From Macrostomum lignano (Eukaryota): a DNA stretch of 64,000 nucleotides. The first letter of the stretch is position 1. The number at the start of each line of letters is the position of its first letter. The stretch covers positions 1-64,000 of the forward strand of contig NIVC01001036.1 in NCBI GenBank assembly GCA_002269645.1, given 5' to 3'. Both the position numbers and the translations under genes were made by a program. The notes under the pieces are model-generated. The model worked only from the letters and a program-made list of their open reading frames with translations. It was not told the DNA's origin and searched no databases. Positions 36,301-47,700 of this stretch are shown here, in pieces.

Positions 36301-39300
36301 GCGCCGCAAGCGCGAGGAGGAGGCCAAACGAAAGGAGGAGCGGGAGAAGAAGAAGAAGGAGGCTGAGGAGCGGATGAAGAGTCAGAGCCAGCGCAATTTC
36401 ACAATCAGCAAGAAGTCTGGCGGCGAGGTGAGCGGAGGTCATCTCGGTACAGCTGATTGCTTAAACTTGCACTCCGTGACCCTGGTCAGCGATGTCCCGT
36501 TTTAGAGCAGCTTCTCACGCAATTCGATTTAGAATATGTTTCTTGGAAAATTTTAAAAGACAGGTTTCACCAAAAAACGTACAATCGTACATGCCCTGTG
36601 CCTAAAATCATAAAAATGGCAAAAACATTCTCGACTTATTGGTTTTATGAATCTATTTTATCAATTTTTGTTTAAATGACTGTGAAACAATATGTGTAAC
36701 AGAATGATAAAATAGTTTCATAGAGCCAATAAGTCGAGAGTTGTTGCCATTCTTATGATTGTTAGGCACAGGACATGTACGGAGGATATAAAATTAACAC
36801 AGAATTCTATTTTTTTAATGAGAAGCTTTATGAACATCAATAGAGCTATAAGAAAGGCAAGACACAGCAAAAGAAGAACATTGGGTCTGCCTTCTATCAG
36901 AAGCAATAACAACAGAGCCAGAAGCTGAAAACATGAAAACCTCCTATCTCGGCATTGTTTTTCAAGAGGTTTTCCAAGAAACGTTGTTTCCCATCTTTCT
37001 ACTTGAGCAGTCCTTGCTAATTGCATTAAAATTAGTAGTAGTTTTTGTAATTGACCACCTGTACACCAAAAGCCATCATTCAAAGCCTGTTCACTATGTT
37101 GAATTCATATGAAAAAGTCGAATTCATAAAAGACCAAACACATTCTTAATTACCAAATTGTAGGCTGACGCCAAGAAGCAGGTAAAAATTAACGAGATAG
37201 CAAATCGATTCCCGGTGGAAATTTGACCCTCCTCTAGGAGCCAAGAGTTTCAAATGCGTTAGTCAAGGGTGCACGCTCCGTACTAAGCCATCAATGTATA
37301 AAATGCACGATCGCGGGAGGTGGCACTAACGAACTGTTTCCCAAGTTGTTAAACACGGACCGGGCATTCGCCAGTTATTACTATAAGTAGAAGCCTTAGC
37401 AACTATTCGGTAACAAGTTGGCCGCATCTTTAGTCGAAATTTATTGCGCATCGAAAACCAACTATTCACCTTGCATTTGCTCTCAGTCCTTGACCTGAAT
37501 TGAATGACCACGCAAACCCAATATTGGATCATTTTTAATGCGTACATCTGGGCGATGCATGTATTTTTTAATACCAGTGGAATTCATAGAAATTATCGAT
37601 CGATAGAGACTGTATGCTGGCCTTGGCTAGGCGGAGTGAGGTGGCTGCATGGTCAGGGAAAGGGGTAGAGTAAATAAGGGTAGAATGCCACTGTACAATG
37701 GAAGGCGCAATGTACATTTACAAGAGCTCAACCAATCAGAATCGCCTTTTGTTAATTTTTTAATTAACCGCAGGCTGGAGCCTCCGGCGCGGACGAAGCC
37801 AAGCAGGGCAAGTCCAAGGAGCAGCTGGAGGCCGAGAAGAAGGCCGCTCTGGAGCAGCGGGTTCAGCCGCTGAATATTGACGGATTCAGCGAGTCTCAGC
37901 TGCAGGAGAAGGCCAAGGAGCTGTTCTCTAAGATCTACTCGCTCGAGGGAGACAAATATGATCTTGAGCAGCGGTTCAAGGGGCAGAATATGGAGGTGCG
38001 GTTTTATATGCGTGTTTTTGACTTATATAGTTTGAACAGTTTCCAGTTTGAGTAGTTTGCAGTTAGAGTAGTTTGCAGTTCGAGTAGTTTGCAGTTCGAG
38101 TAGTTTCCAGGTCGAGTAGTTTCCAGGTCGAGTAGTTTCCAGTTCGAGTAGTTTGCAGTTCAAGTAGTTTGCAGTTCGAGTAGTTTGCAGTTCGAGTAGT
38201 TTACAGTTTGAACAGTTCGTAGTTCAAGTACTCGAAGTTTCTCATCAAAGTTGCAAATACGATTCGAATTTCAGATGGTCGAGCTCACAGAGCGCGCTCG
38301 TCAGATGCAGAAGGGGTGCGTGTGCATTGTTTTGAAGGATTTCTATCAGGAAGTCGTTAACAAAACAGCTTTGTAATAAAAATCGATTAAAACACTCAAA
38401 TCTTCCTTTTAAATTCTCAGAGGCCAGAAGGGATCCAGCAGCAAGGTTCAGACTGCTCCGTAAGTCGAAACTGCCGCTAATATTTCGTAAAAAAACAACA
38501 GAGTAAAGATAAACCCAATAAATTATCTTTGTTTTGCATTGTCATTTTTAGTGACCCGCTGTCCGAGAAACTTGGCAGCATCCCGGTAAGCAAAGCATTA
38601 AACTGGCTCCGACTTTTAATTATCTGTTCCATTCGGCCACTCCCCGTGCTCTTCCGCTTCTTTCTGTTCCGCTTCTTTCTGTTCCGCTTCTTTCTGTTCC
38701 GCTTCTTTCTGTTCCGCTTCTTTCTGTTCCGCTTCTTTCTTTTTCGCTTCTTTCTGTTCCGCTTCTTTCTGTTCCATTCCGCTTCTTTCTTTTTCGCTTC
38801 TTTCTGTTCCACTTCTTTCTGTTCCGCTTCTTTCTGTTCCGTTCCGCTTCTTTCTTTTTCGCTTCTTTCTGTTCCGCTTCTTTCTGTTCCGCTTCTTTCT
38901 GTTCCGCTTCTTTCTGTTCCGCTTCTTTCTGTTCCGCTTCTTTCTGTTCCGCTTCTTTCTGTTCCGCTTCTTTCTGTTCCATTCCGCTTCTTTTTTTCGC
39001 TTCTTTCTGTTCCGCTTCTTTTTTTCGCTTCTTTCTGTTCCGCTTCTTTCTGTTCCGTTCCGCTTCTTTCTGTTCCGCTTCTTTCTGTTCCGCTTCGTTC
39101 CGCTTCGTTCCGCTTCGTTCCGCTTCGTTCCGCTTCGTTCCGCTTCGTTCCGCTTCGTTCCGCTTCGTTCCGCTTCGTTCCGTTCTCCATGAGAAGCTCC
39201 GCGCCGCCCGCAGCCGAAGATCGTGATGTACAGCCAGTACGAGCGAGTCAAAGACCACCGCGGCTTCGGCGAGCGTCAGGATCTGTTCAAAGGCCCGATC

Positions 39301-39429
39301 TACGGCATCGAGTACGAGCGGATCAAGCCCAGCTCGAAGGTCATCCTGACTGAGAGCGGGCCGAGGGCCGTCGAGATCACCGAGAACGGTGACGAGCCAG
39401 CGCCAGCCGCCGTTGAGGCAGCCGAGTGA
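33373..39429 (+). CDS. TNNT: Troponin T, invertebrate type, about 368 aa; exons 33373-33392, 34318-34452, 34817-34856, 34955-35071, 36066-36152, 36290-36427, 37164-37181, 37774-37995, 38275-38315, 38421-38459, 38552-38585, 39214-39429
   Basis: All 11 introns are GT-AG and phase-consistent, giving 1107 nt (369 codons). Motifs: EEEMKEYEEMRKEEREKLAQEISELRSKR..RKQERAEEEKRLAE; KSKEQLEAEKKAALEQRVQPLNIDG..QLQEKAKEL..IYSLEGDKYDLEQRFKGQNMEM.ELTERARQM; IPPKIVMYSQYERVKDHRGFGERQDLF. AATAAA at about 39935. Confidence 0.93.
33690..34112. repeat. 21-bp minisatellite GGCGCTAAAATGAGTGCCT(T/G)C in troponin T intron 1
   Basis: About 19 units; core related to the 4240-5080 array. Confidence 0.95.
35160..35935. 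repeat. Composite array: 24-bp CTCTGGTGTGCTATTATCTCATCA interrupted by (CTCTGGT/CTCTGGTG)n
   Basis: Fills troponin T intron 4. Confidence 0.93.
37164..37181 (+). CDS. TNNT: 18-nt microexon of troponin T (ADAKKQ)
   Basis: TTGTAG|GCTGACGCCAAGAAGCAG|GTAAAA; phase 0/0; peptide style matches the flanking exons. Confidence 0.6.
38035..38235. repeat. 20-bp minisatellite AGTAGTTTGCAGTTCG-type
   Basis: About 9 degenerate units in a troponin T intron. Confidence 0.85.
38648..39183. repeat. 15-bp CCGCTTCTTTCTGTT array grading into 10-bp CCGCTTCGTT
   Basis: Fills the last troponin T intron. Confidence 0.95.
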
Positions 39430-40524
39430 AGCTGAAAGCAACGGCAGACTTTAATAATTTTGTTAATCCCCATCTCTAATCGCCTCTAAACGGACTGGAG
39501 GCTCATTTTTTCGCTAAATGTTCAGTCCTTCTTCTTCATTGGCCTCCGCCACCCCCCCCCTTCAAGCCCGCCGTCGGCCTTCGATTTCGTTGTGTGTGTG
39601 TTTTTTATGCTAGAAACATTTTCAATCACTCGAGCCATCTAGCCAGAACCGGGCATCTTTGAAATTATTCAGCCAACTCTCCGCTTAAGTCTGCGAGTAG
39701 CAATGTCCAACTCTTCACTTTTAAATCGGAAAAGTGAGCATCGTTAGCAACTATGTTATTAAAGTAGCATTCTTACTGCTTATTTAACCTTCTATTCAAA
39801 CGATATTTCTCAAGCCTTGGCAACTGTGCTAGTAGCAGCTTCATCAGCGCATTAAATCTATAACTAATAATTATAACAAATTTCCCGCTTGTGCCTCCCC
39901 GCTTTTCTCTCGCACCGCTTTTTTTAACATAATTAATAAAAGTCATAAATTTTTTGACTGTCTGTTTCTTTCTACCACTGGAAATGTACTCAGAAGAATG
40001 TCAGTCAAAAATGCACCAGCCGCCTCAGTATTAAAGTGTTCAAATAATTCATATCTGCTTATGTACTCGTATATTCGTACATGTCAATTTTGCACCATTC
40101 ACCCGATCACAATTTCAACCCCTTTGGAATACGACAGAAACTCATTAGCGCTTCCAAAAGCAATAAAAAAGCACACAGTTTTTCTTAGCCAACTGTCCCA
40201 AGTCTCCGACTGAGAAAAATACATTTTTTATTAGAATCTGGAGTACAAAAAGCACTCCTTTGACCAATAAAAATCGTTAAAGTTTTATGCAAACTGAAAT
40301 TGTTAGTTTATTTTGAATTTCCTAATATAGTCAGCTTTAAAGTTGTTACAGAATTGTATTGCGTTATGATTAACATTGTGCCGAAAAGCGAACATGGCTG
40401 TACAGAAATCAATGCCAAACTTCGGTACACACTACTGCAAGTAGGAAGGGGAAAGTGTGTAAGTCTTGTGGCCGTGGGAGACTTTGGTGCAACAGAAATC
40501 TGCTGCATGAGTTGCTGAAGAGCG

Positions 40525-40918
40525 TCTAGCTGAGTATCTAGCTGAGTGTGTAGCTGAGTGTGTAGCTGAGTGTGTAGCTGAGTGTGTAGCTGAGTGTGTA
40601 GCTGAGTGTGTAGCTGAGTGTGTAGCTGAGTGTGTAGCTGAGTGTGTAGCTGAGTGTGTAGCTGAGTGTGTAGCTGAGTGTGTAGCTGAGTGTGTAGCTG
40701 AGTGTGTAGCTGAGTGTGTAGCTGAGTGTGTAGCTGAGTGTGTAGCTGAGTGTGTAGCTGAGTATCTAGCTGAGTGTGTAGCTGAGTGTGTAGCTGAGTG
40801 TGTAGCTGAGTGTGTAGCTGAGTGTGTAGCTGAGTATCTAGCTGAGTGTGTAGCTGAGTGTGTAGCTGAGTGTGTAGCTGAGTGTGTAGCTGAGTGTGTA
40901 GCTGAGTGTCTAGCTGAG
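40525..40918. repeat. 12-bp minisatellite AGCTGAGTGTGT
   Basis: About 32 units between the converging 3' ends of troponin T and the kinase gene. Confidence 0.97.
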
Positions 40919-41075
40919 GTCATAACACGCTGTAGCTGGGTGTGGGAGTTTCTCCCTCAAATCTATCTGACGCTTAAATCAAGCTGATTAGGAAAATGGT
41001 CATAACAATTTATGGAAATGTTAGCGTGCTGCAGAAGGGTGTGGGGCCAAGTGTAATAAATACTGAGCCGAGAAC

Positions 41076-41673
41076 TTAAGCATCCGAATGCGGTCTGAGC
41101 TGCTGCTGCAGCTGCTGCCGGTGCTCTTGAAAAAACTGTCTGTACTGAAGAGGCTGTTGCTGCTGATGAGGTGCTGATGAGGTAGTTGTCGGCGGTGGCG
41201 GCGGTGCAAACCTAACGGGCCTGGGCGGCCTCAGCTGCTGCTGCTGCTGCGGCAAACTCGAAGCCACTGCCGTGTGCCCGGCGCCCCACCGGGCCAAGCT
41301 GAATCCGCTCTCAGACTGTCCCAGGCCGATGCCGCTGTCGTGCGAACCAATTGGCTCGGCCTGCTGTTGCTGCTGCTGCTGCGGAGGCGGCGGCGGAGGC
41401 AGCGGCAGAGGAAGCTGCTGATGCGGCTGCTGGACAAGCAGCTGTTCGAAGTTCGCTCGCGCCGTCGCCAGCTGCTCAGCTGATTCCGTCGCTTGGCGCC
41501 GACGCAGCGCCGCCTCCTGGCGCCAGCGGCGCGCCTCAGCCTCAGCGTCGGCCAGGCGGAGCTCGCAGGCCTCCAGGCGGAGCCGCAGCTGCTGACCGGC
41601 CAGCCGCTCGGACTGATAGCGGGCCCGCAGCTGACGAGCCTGGCTGAGGAGCCGCTCGTACCGCCCGTCTCCG

Positions 41674-41704
<31 letters not shown>

Positions 41705-44700
41705 AGAAGTCGCCATAGTCGTCATCGAAGCCGTTGCTGCCGGTGAGCTGCGAGTTCATCGAGGTCATAGAATCTGCGCCGGGGATGTACTCCAGAACCT
41801 GCGTGCAGAGGAAGACAGGCATTGATCCCTCTCCCCTCAGATGGGTAAATAAATATTCGCAGAAGGGCTGCGGGCATCCTGGAGCAACCCTTTCAACGAC
41901 ATCGTATGCATACCACAGCCAGCGCTGAAGGCAACTCTGAAGACAGCCCTGACTTTCTAATCGTCAGGCATGTACACTCTCTGTGATTTTGAGGTTGGCG
42001 CCCTGATGGCTGTGAATCACAAGAAAACCCCCAGGCCAAGTTTAGTGCAAAAGCTATAAGATTAGATGCGTCCGCGCACGGATTCGAACCCTTGGCTCCC
42101 CGCGGAGATTGAGTTATTGCCTTGAAAAGCTAAGGATCCCTGAGAATGCATGTAAGATTCAATAAATCCAACGAAAAAATAAAAAACTGAGTTCTTGAAA
42201 ACCGCGATCTCCAGGTTCCGTTACCCGGATAGAACGTCGCAAAAGCAAAAAACAAATTACTTGGCATCTGGCTAAAATTCGAACCCCCACCTGGCCCAGT
42301 CGACCCGTTCGCCCGTACGACAATCCGGGCGAAGTCAGCCGGGCGGGCAGCTGGGCGCCGACAATTTCGTGGTCGCTCTGCGATCTCGGCATCATTGACA
42401 TTCCGCCCGCCACCGCTGATGCAGCCGCAGGCGCCGCCGCCGATGCCACTGGCGACATTCCGGCAGTCGGCGTCGGAGTCGCTGACGGAGACAGAGTTGC
42501 GGAGGCTTCGACGTTGCCCGCGCCGCTGCTGCCGCCGCTGCCGCCGCCGCCGCCGCCGCCGCTGCGAGAGCCTCGCCAGAACAGATGCCGCAAGCCACTG
42601 CCGCCGCGTCGCTTCGATGTCTCCGACGTCGACGCTGCTGGGTTAGTTGACGACGCTGACGCTGCCGACTCGCTTTGATGTCCGGCAACGGCGTCGGCTG
42701 TCTGCGAGCGCGGCAGGTTGGTCGATTTCCATTTCTTGGAGCGGAAAAACAGACGCCGCTTTTTGTCCTTCGGCTTGGCCGCCTCGCCCGCCGAGGCTGC
42801 GCCTGCGGCTGCCGACGCCGAGAGCCCCGCCGATGCGTTGCGGCTGCCGATGCTGTCCGCTGAGGAGCAGGTCGGCAGCTGGTTCGACGACGGACTGGGC
42901 GACGGCAGGCCGGAGCTGCTGAATGGCGCGCCAAGACTGCTGTAGGTTGTTGCCGGGCCTGAAGGTGAGGGAGAGCACCGGGTGTGTCTGTCCCGATGTG
43001 TCTGTCCCGATGTGTCTGTCCCGATGTGTCTGTCCCGATGTGTCTGTCCCGATGTGTCTGTCCCGATGTGTCTGTCCCGATGTGTCTGTCCCGATGTGTC
43101 TGTCCCGATGTGTCTGTCCCGATGTGTCTGTCCCGATGTGTCTGTCCCGGTGTGTCTTTTTTTAATGTGTCTAACTGTCTGTTCCAGTTCGTCCGCCCTG
43201 ATGTGTCTTTTTGTTGTGTCTGACCCAATGTGTCTGTCCTGATGTGTTAGTGAATTAGTGATATATTTCAATTCCTCATCTTGTTTATTTGCAACACTTG
43301 CTACTCACATCCAGTGTGGTCAGTAGTACAAATCAGCTGCTAGGTAGCCAAACTGACTCACCATATTTGTCTCCGTAGAGGCGGCTGCGCAGGTCCATCA
43401 GGCTGCGCAGCTGCTTGCACAGCTCGCTGGCCGAGATGCGCAGCTGGGGCACCTGAAGTTTGGGGGAACAAAAATAGAATGGTTATCTTCACTAGGCCCC
43501 AGATCGAATGCAATCATTGATTTTGTGATTTAAAGGGGACTTTTCTTATCTCAGCAGTGTATTTTTTTCAGGAAATTCGCCCCCTAAGAACTACACTATC
43601 CTTGAGTTTTGCGACCTGTTATGCTACAGTGGTCCTTGGTCCCACTGTTTCCTTAAATGTTCTCCCCCTTAGTGGCATTTTAAGTGAGTCTCCAGTCCAG
43701 ATGCTTTACTGAGCTAGTAGTCCCTGGCTTGGGGATAACTGCTCTAGCTACTCAACACTAATTATGAGCCTCACCTCGTACAGGCAGGACCGCACCAGGT
43801 GTTCCAGCGAGCCGGCCAGCTCCCTGGGCAGCAGGCCGCAGCCCAGGCTGAGACCTTCCTCAGCCAGCAGGTCCCGGCGCCGCTGCCTGCCGCCGCTGCC
43901 GCCGCCGCCGATGGTGAAGGCCGACCAGAGCAGCAGGCCGAACGCCCAGATGTCGGCCGCGGAAGTCGCCACCGAGGCCGACGCCGCGTCGGCCGCCGCC
44001 GACTCCGGGCAGGCCGGACTCACCCGGCAGCAGCGGCGCCACAGCAACTGCACCTGAGGCGGCGGCTCGGAGGACTCAAATCTGGCGAATAACAGGCCGC
44101 CCAGCTTCACTGTGAACCGGTCTGTGCGCTCCATCAGGCAGTTCTCTAGCGTCTGGGAGGAAGGTAAAATACTCTAGCGAGATTTTTTTAATACACCTTC
44201 CCCAATGGCCAGATGTGCAACCGACAGCTCAGCCGCAGCTATTGCGCGGCGCATCTGAAGGCTGCGTACGGCTGTTCAGTCCAAGGACTGGGGGGAGGGG
44301 GGGTCGCCACACACCCTCAGTTACCCCAGCTATTGCTGGCACCCATTTTACAGCTGGGTGAACTGAAGCAATGCAGAGAGTTAAGTGTCTTGCTTAAGGA
44401 CACAAATTGTTCCGAGTGGGTCGGGAATCGAACCCATGACCTTTCAGTAACCAAGGCACAGAGAGTGCATGTGCTCAGGACTCAGGAGGGAATGGCCAGA
44501 ATTGCCGTTGTGGCAGGATGCCAGGCTCTGGCCAGGCCACTCACCAAGTCGCAGTGCAGGACGCCCTTCCTGTGCAGGTAGGCCAGCCCGGCCGCCGCCT
44601 GATGCGCCAGGCTCACCAGGATCTCCCAATCGTGCAGGAGGCGGTCGCCTTGCCGCAGCAAAAACTGTCGCAGGTTGCCGCAGTTGACGTGCTCAACCAC

Positions 44701-47700
44701 CAGGGTGTAGCGGCTCTGGCTGGGCAAGTACAGGCCCAGAAGGCGGAGCACGTTTGCATGGTCCAGGCGCCTGGGATGATAGGGGATTTTCGGAGGGAAA
44801 TTTATAAGAGTTTGCCAGTTTTTTGGGTCTAATCCTGAATTCTAATGGCTGGCTAATCTGTACATTTAATTTCTGTCTAATCTATGGATCTAATGGCTGT
44901 CTAATCTTTATATCTAATGGCTGTCTAATCTATAGACCTAATAGCTGTCTAATCTATAGATCTAATGGCTGTCTAATCTATGGATCTATTGGCTGTCTAA
45001 TCTATAGATCTAATAGCTGTCTAATCTATATAGCTAATAGCTGTCTAATCTATATATCTAATGGCTGTCTAATCTATAGACCTAATAGCTGTCTAATCTA
45101 TAGATCTAATGGCTGTCTAATCTATAGATCTAATGGCTGGCTAATCTATAGACCTAATAGCTGTCTAATCTATATATCTAATGGCTGTCTAATCTATAGA
45201 TTTAATGGCTGTCTAATCTATAGATCTAATGGCTGTCTAATCTATAGATCTAATGGCTGGCTAATCTATAGACCTAATGGCTGTCTAATCTATGATCTAA
45301 TAGCTGTCTAACCTATAGATCTAATGGCTGTCTAATCTATAGACCTAATGGCTGTCTAATCTATAGACCTAATGGCTGTCTAATCTATATAATTTTGTTA
45401 TGTAATTCCAATCCAATCTCATAATGAAGTGAGAATCTTGAAGCATGATAGTCTCTAAGCATGAGAATCGAAGCATGAGAATCTAAGCATAATTATCCAA
45501 GCATGATAGGTGATATCCGGATACCCATTTGTCTAAAAATATTTAAAATATTTTTTCACTTACATAAGAATGAACGCCTCATTCCTCAAGCAGGCGGTAA
45601 TGTCGCTGGAGTTGTGCCTCCGGGTCACCGCAGTCACAGCCTCCGATCCGTAGCGACCTTGATGAAACGTCTGAAAAAATGGCGGAAGACTTTTGACTTA
45701 GAAAATTCTTTCTTAGGAAAAATAAGAAGTCCGTTTTTTGCCCACGGATGACACACGCAAGAACCCGTGGGATTCTTGTTCTTGGGATTCTTCCATGCAT
45801 GTAACCTTGCGTGTTTCTAGATTTCAACCGGCCCCCCAGACGCGGGCGCGCCATCTGCTGGAGACCGCGGCTTCGGCAATGTTCTTTTCTATTTTTTCTC
45901 TGTTTGAAAGCAGCCGTTCGAGTGATTGATTGGGGCAGGTGCCACTGGGCGCGTCTACTTGTGCCTCATCGTGTGGGATACTAATGACTTTACAAAATAG
46001 TTGGCTGTTTGGTTTCAACTGGCATGGCCATGACTGGTCTCTCCATGTGCAGGCTTGATGTCGGCTTGGGTGAGATTTGAATGGCCAGTGTCCTCTTGTA
46101 CAGCTGTGTAGATGCGTGGGTTCTATTGTACAGCTGTGTAGATGCGTGGGTTCTATTGTACAGCTGTGTAAATGCGTGGGTTCTATTGTACAGCTGTGTA
46201 GATGCGTGGGTTCTATTGTACAGCTGTGTAGATGCGTGAATTCTATTGTACAGCTGTGTAGATGCGTGGGTTCTATTGTACAGCTGTGTAGATGCGTGGA
46301 TTCTATTGTACAGCTGTCTAGATGCGTGGATTCTATTGTACAGCTGTGTAGATCGGTGGGTTCGATTGTACAGCTGTGTAGATCGATGGATTCGATTGTA
46401 CAGCTGTGTAGATCGGTGGGTTCTATTGTACAGCTGTGTAGATCGGTGGGTTCTATTGTACAGCTGTGTAGATCGGTGGGTTCTATTGTACAGCTGTGTA
46501 GATCCGCTATGCTAAATATTGTAAGCAAAGTTGTAAACTGGATGGAAAACCTCAGTAAGCGCTGCTGCTTACTAGCCAAGGTCCGGCGATAAAATTTATA
46601 ATTAATTAGATTCCTCATAAAACAAAGTCCTATAAATGTTTCTCCCCGTTGGCGTACGCTCGTAGAGACAATTCTATTAAATGTATTTCATTTTCTAGTG
46701 TGGCTGGCCATCTGGCCATCAGTTGTTTACTTTGACGTTTGAATAATATGTGCTGAGCTGCTAGGGTTTTGAGAATGATATTATTGAATTTGATATTATT
46801 ACTGGACTCAACTGACTGATAGGAACTTATAGACCGGAAGTGAGCATATAAGACCCGATTGATAGACCGGAAGCGAGTGTATTAAACCCGATTGATAGAC
46901 CGGAATTAAGCGTATTAAACCCGATTGATAGACCGAAAGTGAGCGCATTAGACCCGATTTATAGACCGGAAGTGGGTGTATTAAACCCGATTGATAGACC
47001 GGAAGTGAGCGCATTAGGCCCGATTTATTGACCGGAAGTGAGTGTATTAAACCCGATTGATAGACCGGAAGTGAGCGCATTAGACCCGATTGATAGACCG
47101 GAAGTGAGTGTATTAAACCCGATTGATAGACCGGAAGTGAGTGTATTAAACCCGATTGATAGACCGGAAGTGAGCGTATTGAACCCGATTGATAGACCGG
47201 AAGTGAGCGTATTAAACCCGATTGATAGACCGGAAGAGCGCATTAGACCCGATTGATAGACCGGAAGTGAGTGTATTAAACCTGATTGAAAGACCGGAAG
47301 AGTGTATTAGACCCGATTGATAGACCGGAAGTGAGCGCATTACACTGAATCGACCGATTGGAAATGCAAACATGAGGCCCCGTGGACAGAAACAACGTCT
47401 CACCGTCAGCTGCGACTCTGTGCCGTCGGTGCACTCGGAGCCCAACTCGATGTCGTCCACTGGCAGCCGCAGGAAAGCTTCAACGTCTGCGGAGCCGGGG
47501 TGTCCCGCCAACAGCTGCCCGAGACTGCGGCAGGCTCGGTACCTGTCAATCATTTGTCGGACGCTAGCGAATTTCTCGTGCCGAAGCACGTAGCACTGGC
47601 CGTCGTCATCGCGGTGAATCCACAGGTGCTTCACGGTTGAGTCGCTTCTGCAGAAGTGAAGGAGAAGGAGGCTTTTTGAAGAGGTCCAGTCTCAAAAGCA

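Noticed and set aside
15905-44092. Antisense or alternative-frame ORFs over GC-rich exons (15905..16741, 25019..25231, 41351..41825, 42395..42945, 43764..44092)
   Set aside because: Shadow ORFs caused by the high GC3 content of the real coding strand.
45926-46000. Plus-strand peptide [13 protein letters not shown] resembling a kinase Gly-rich loop, antisense inside the pseudokinase intron
   Set aside because: It is bounded by stops (25 codons) with no compatible splice sites, and the sense exons already cover this part of the fold without a gap. Treated as chance.
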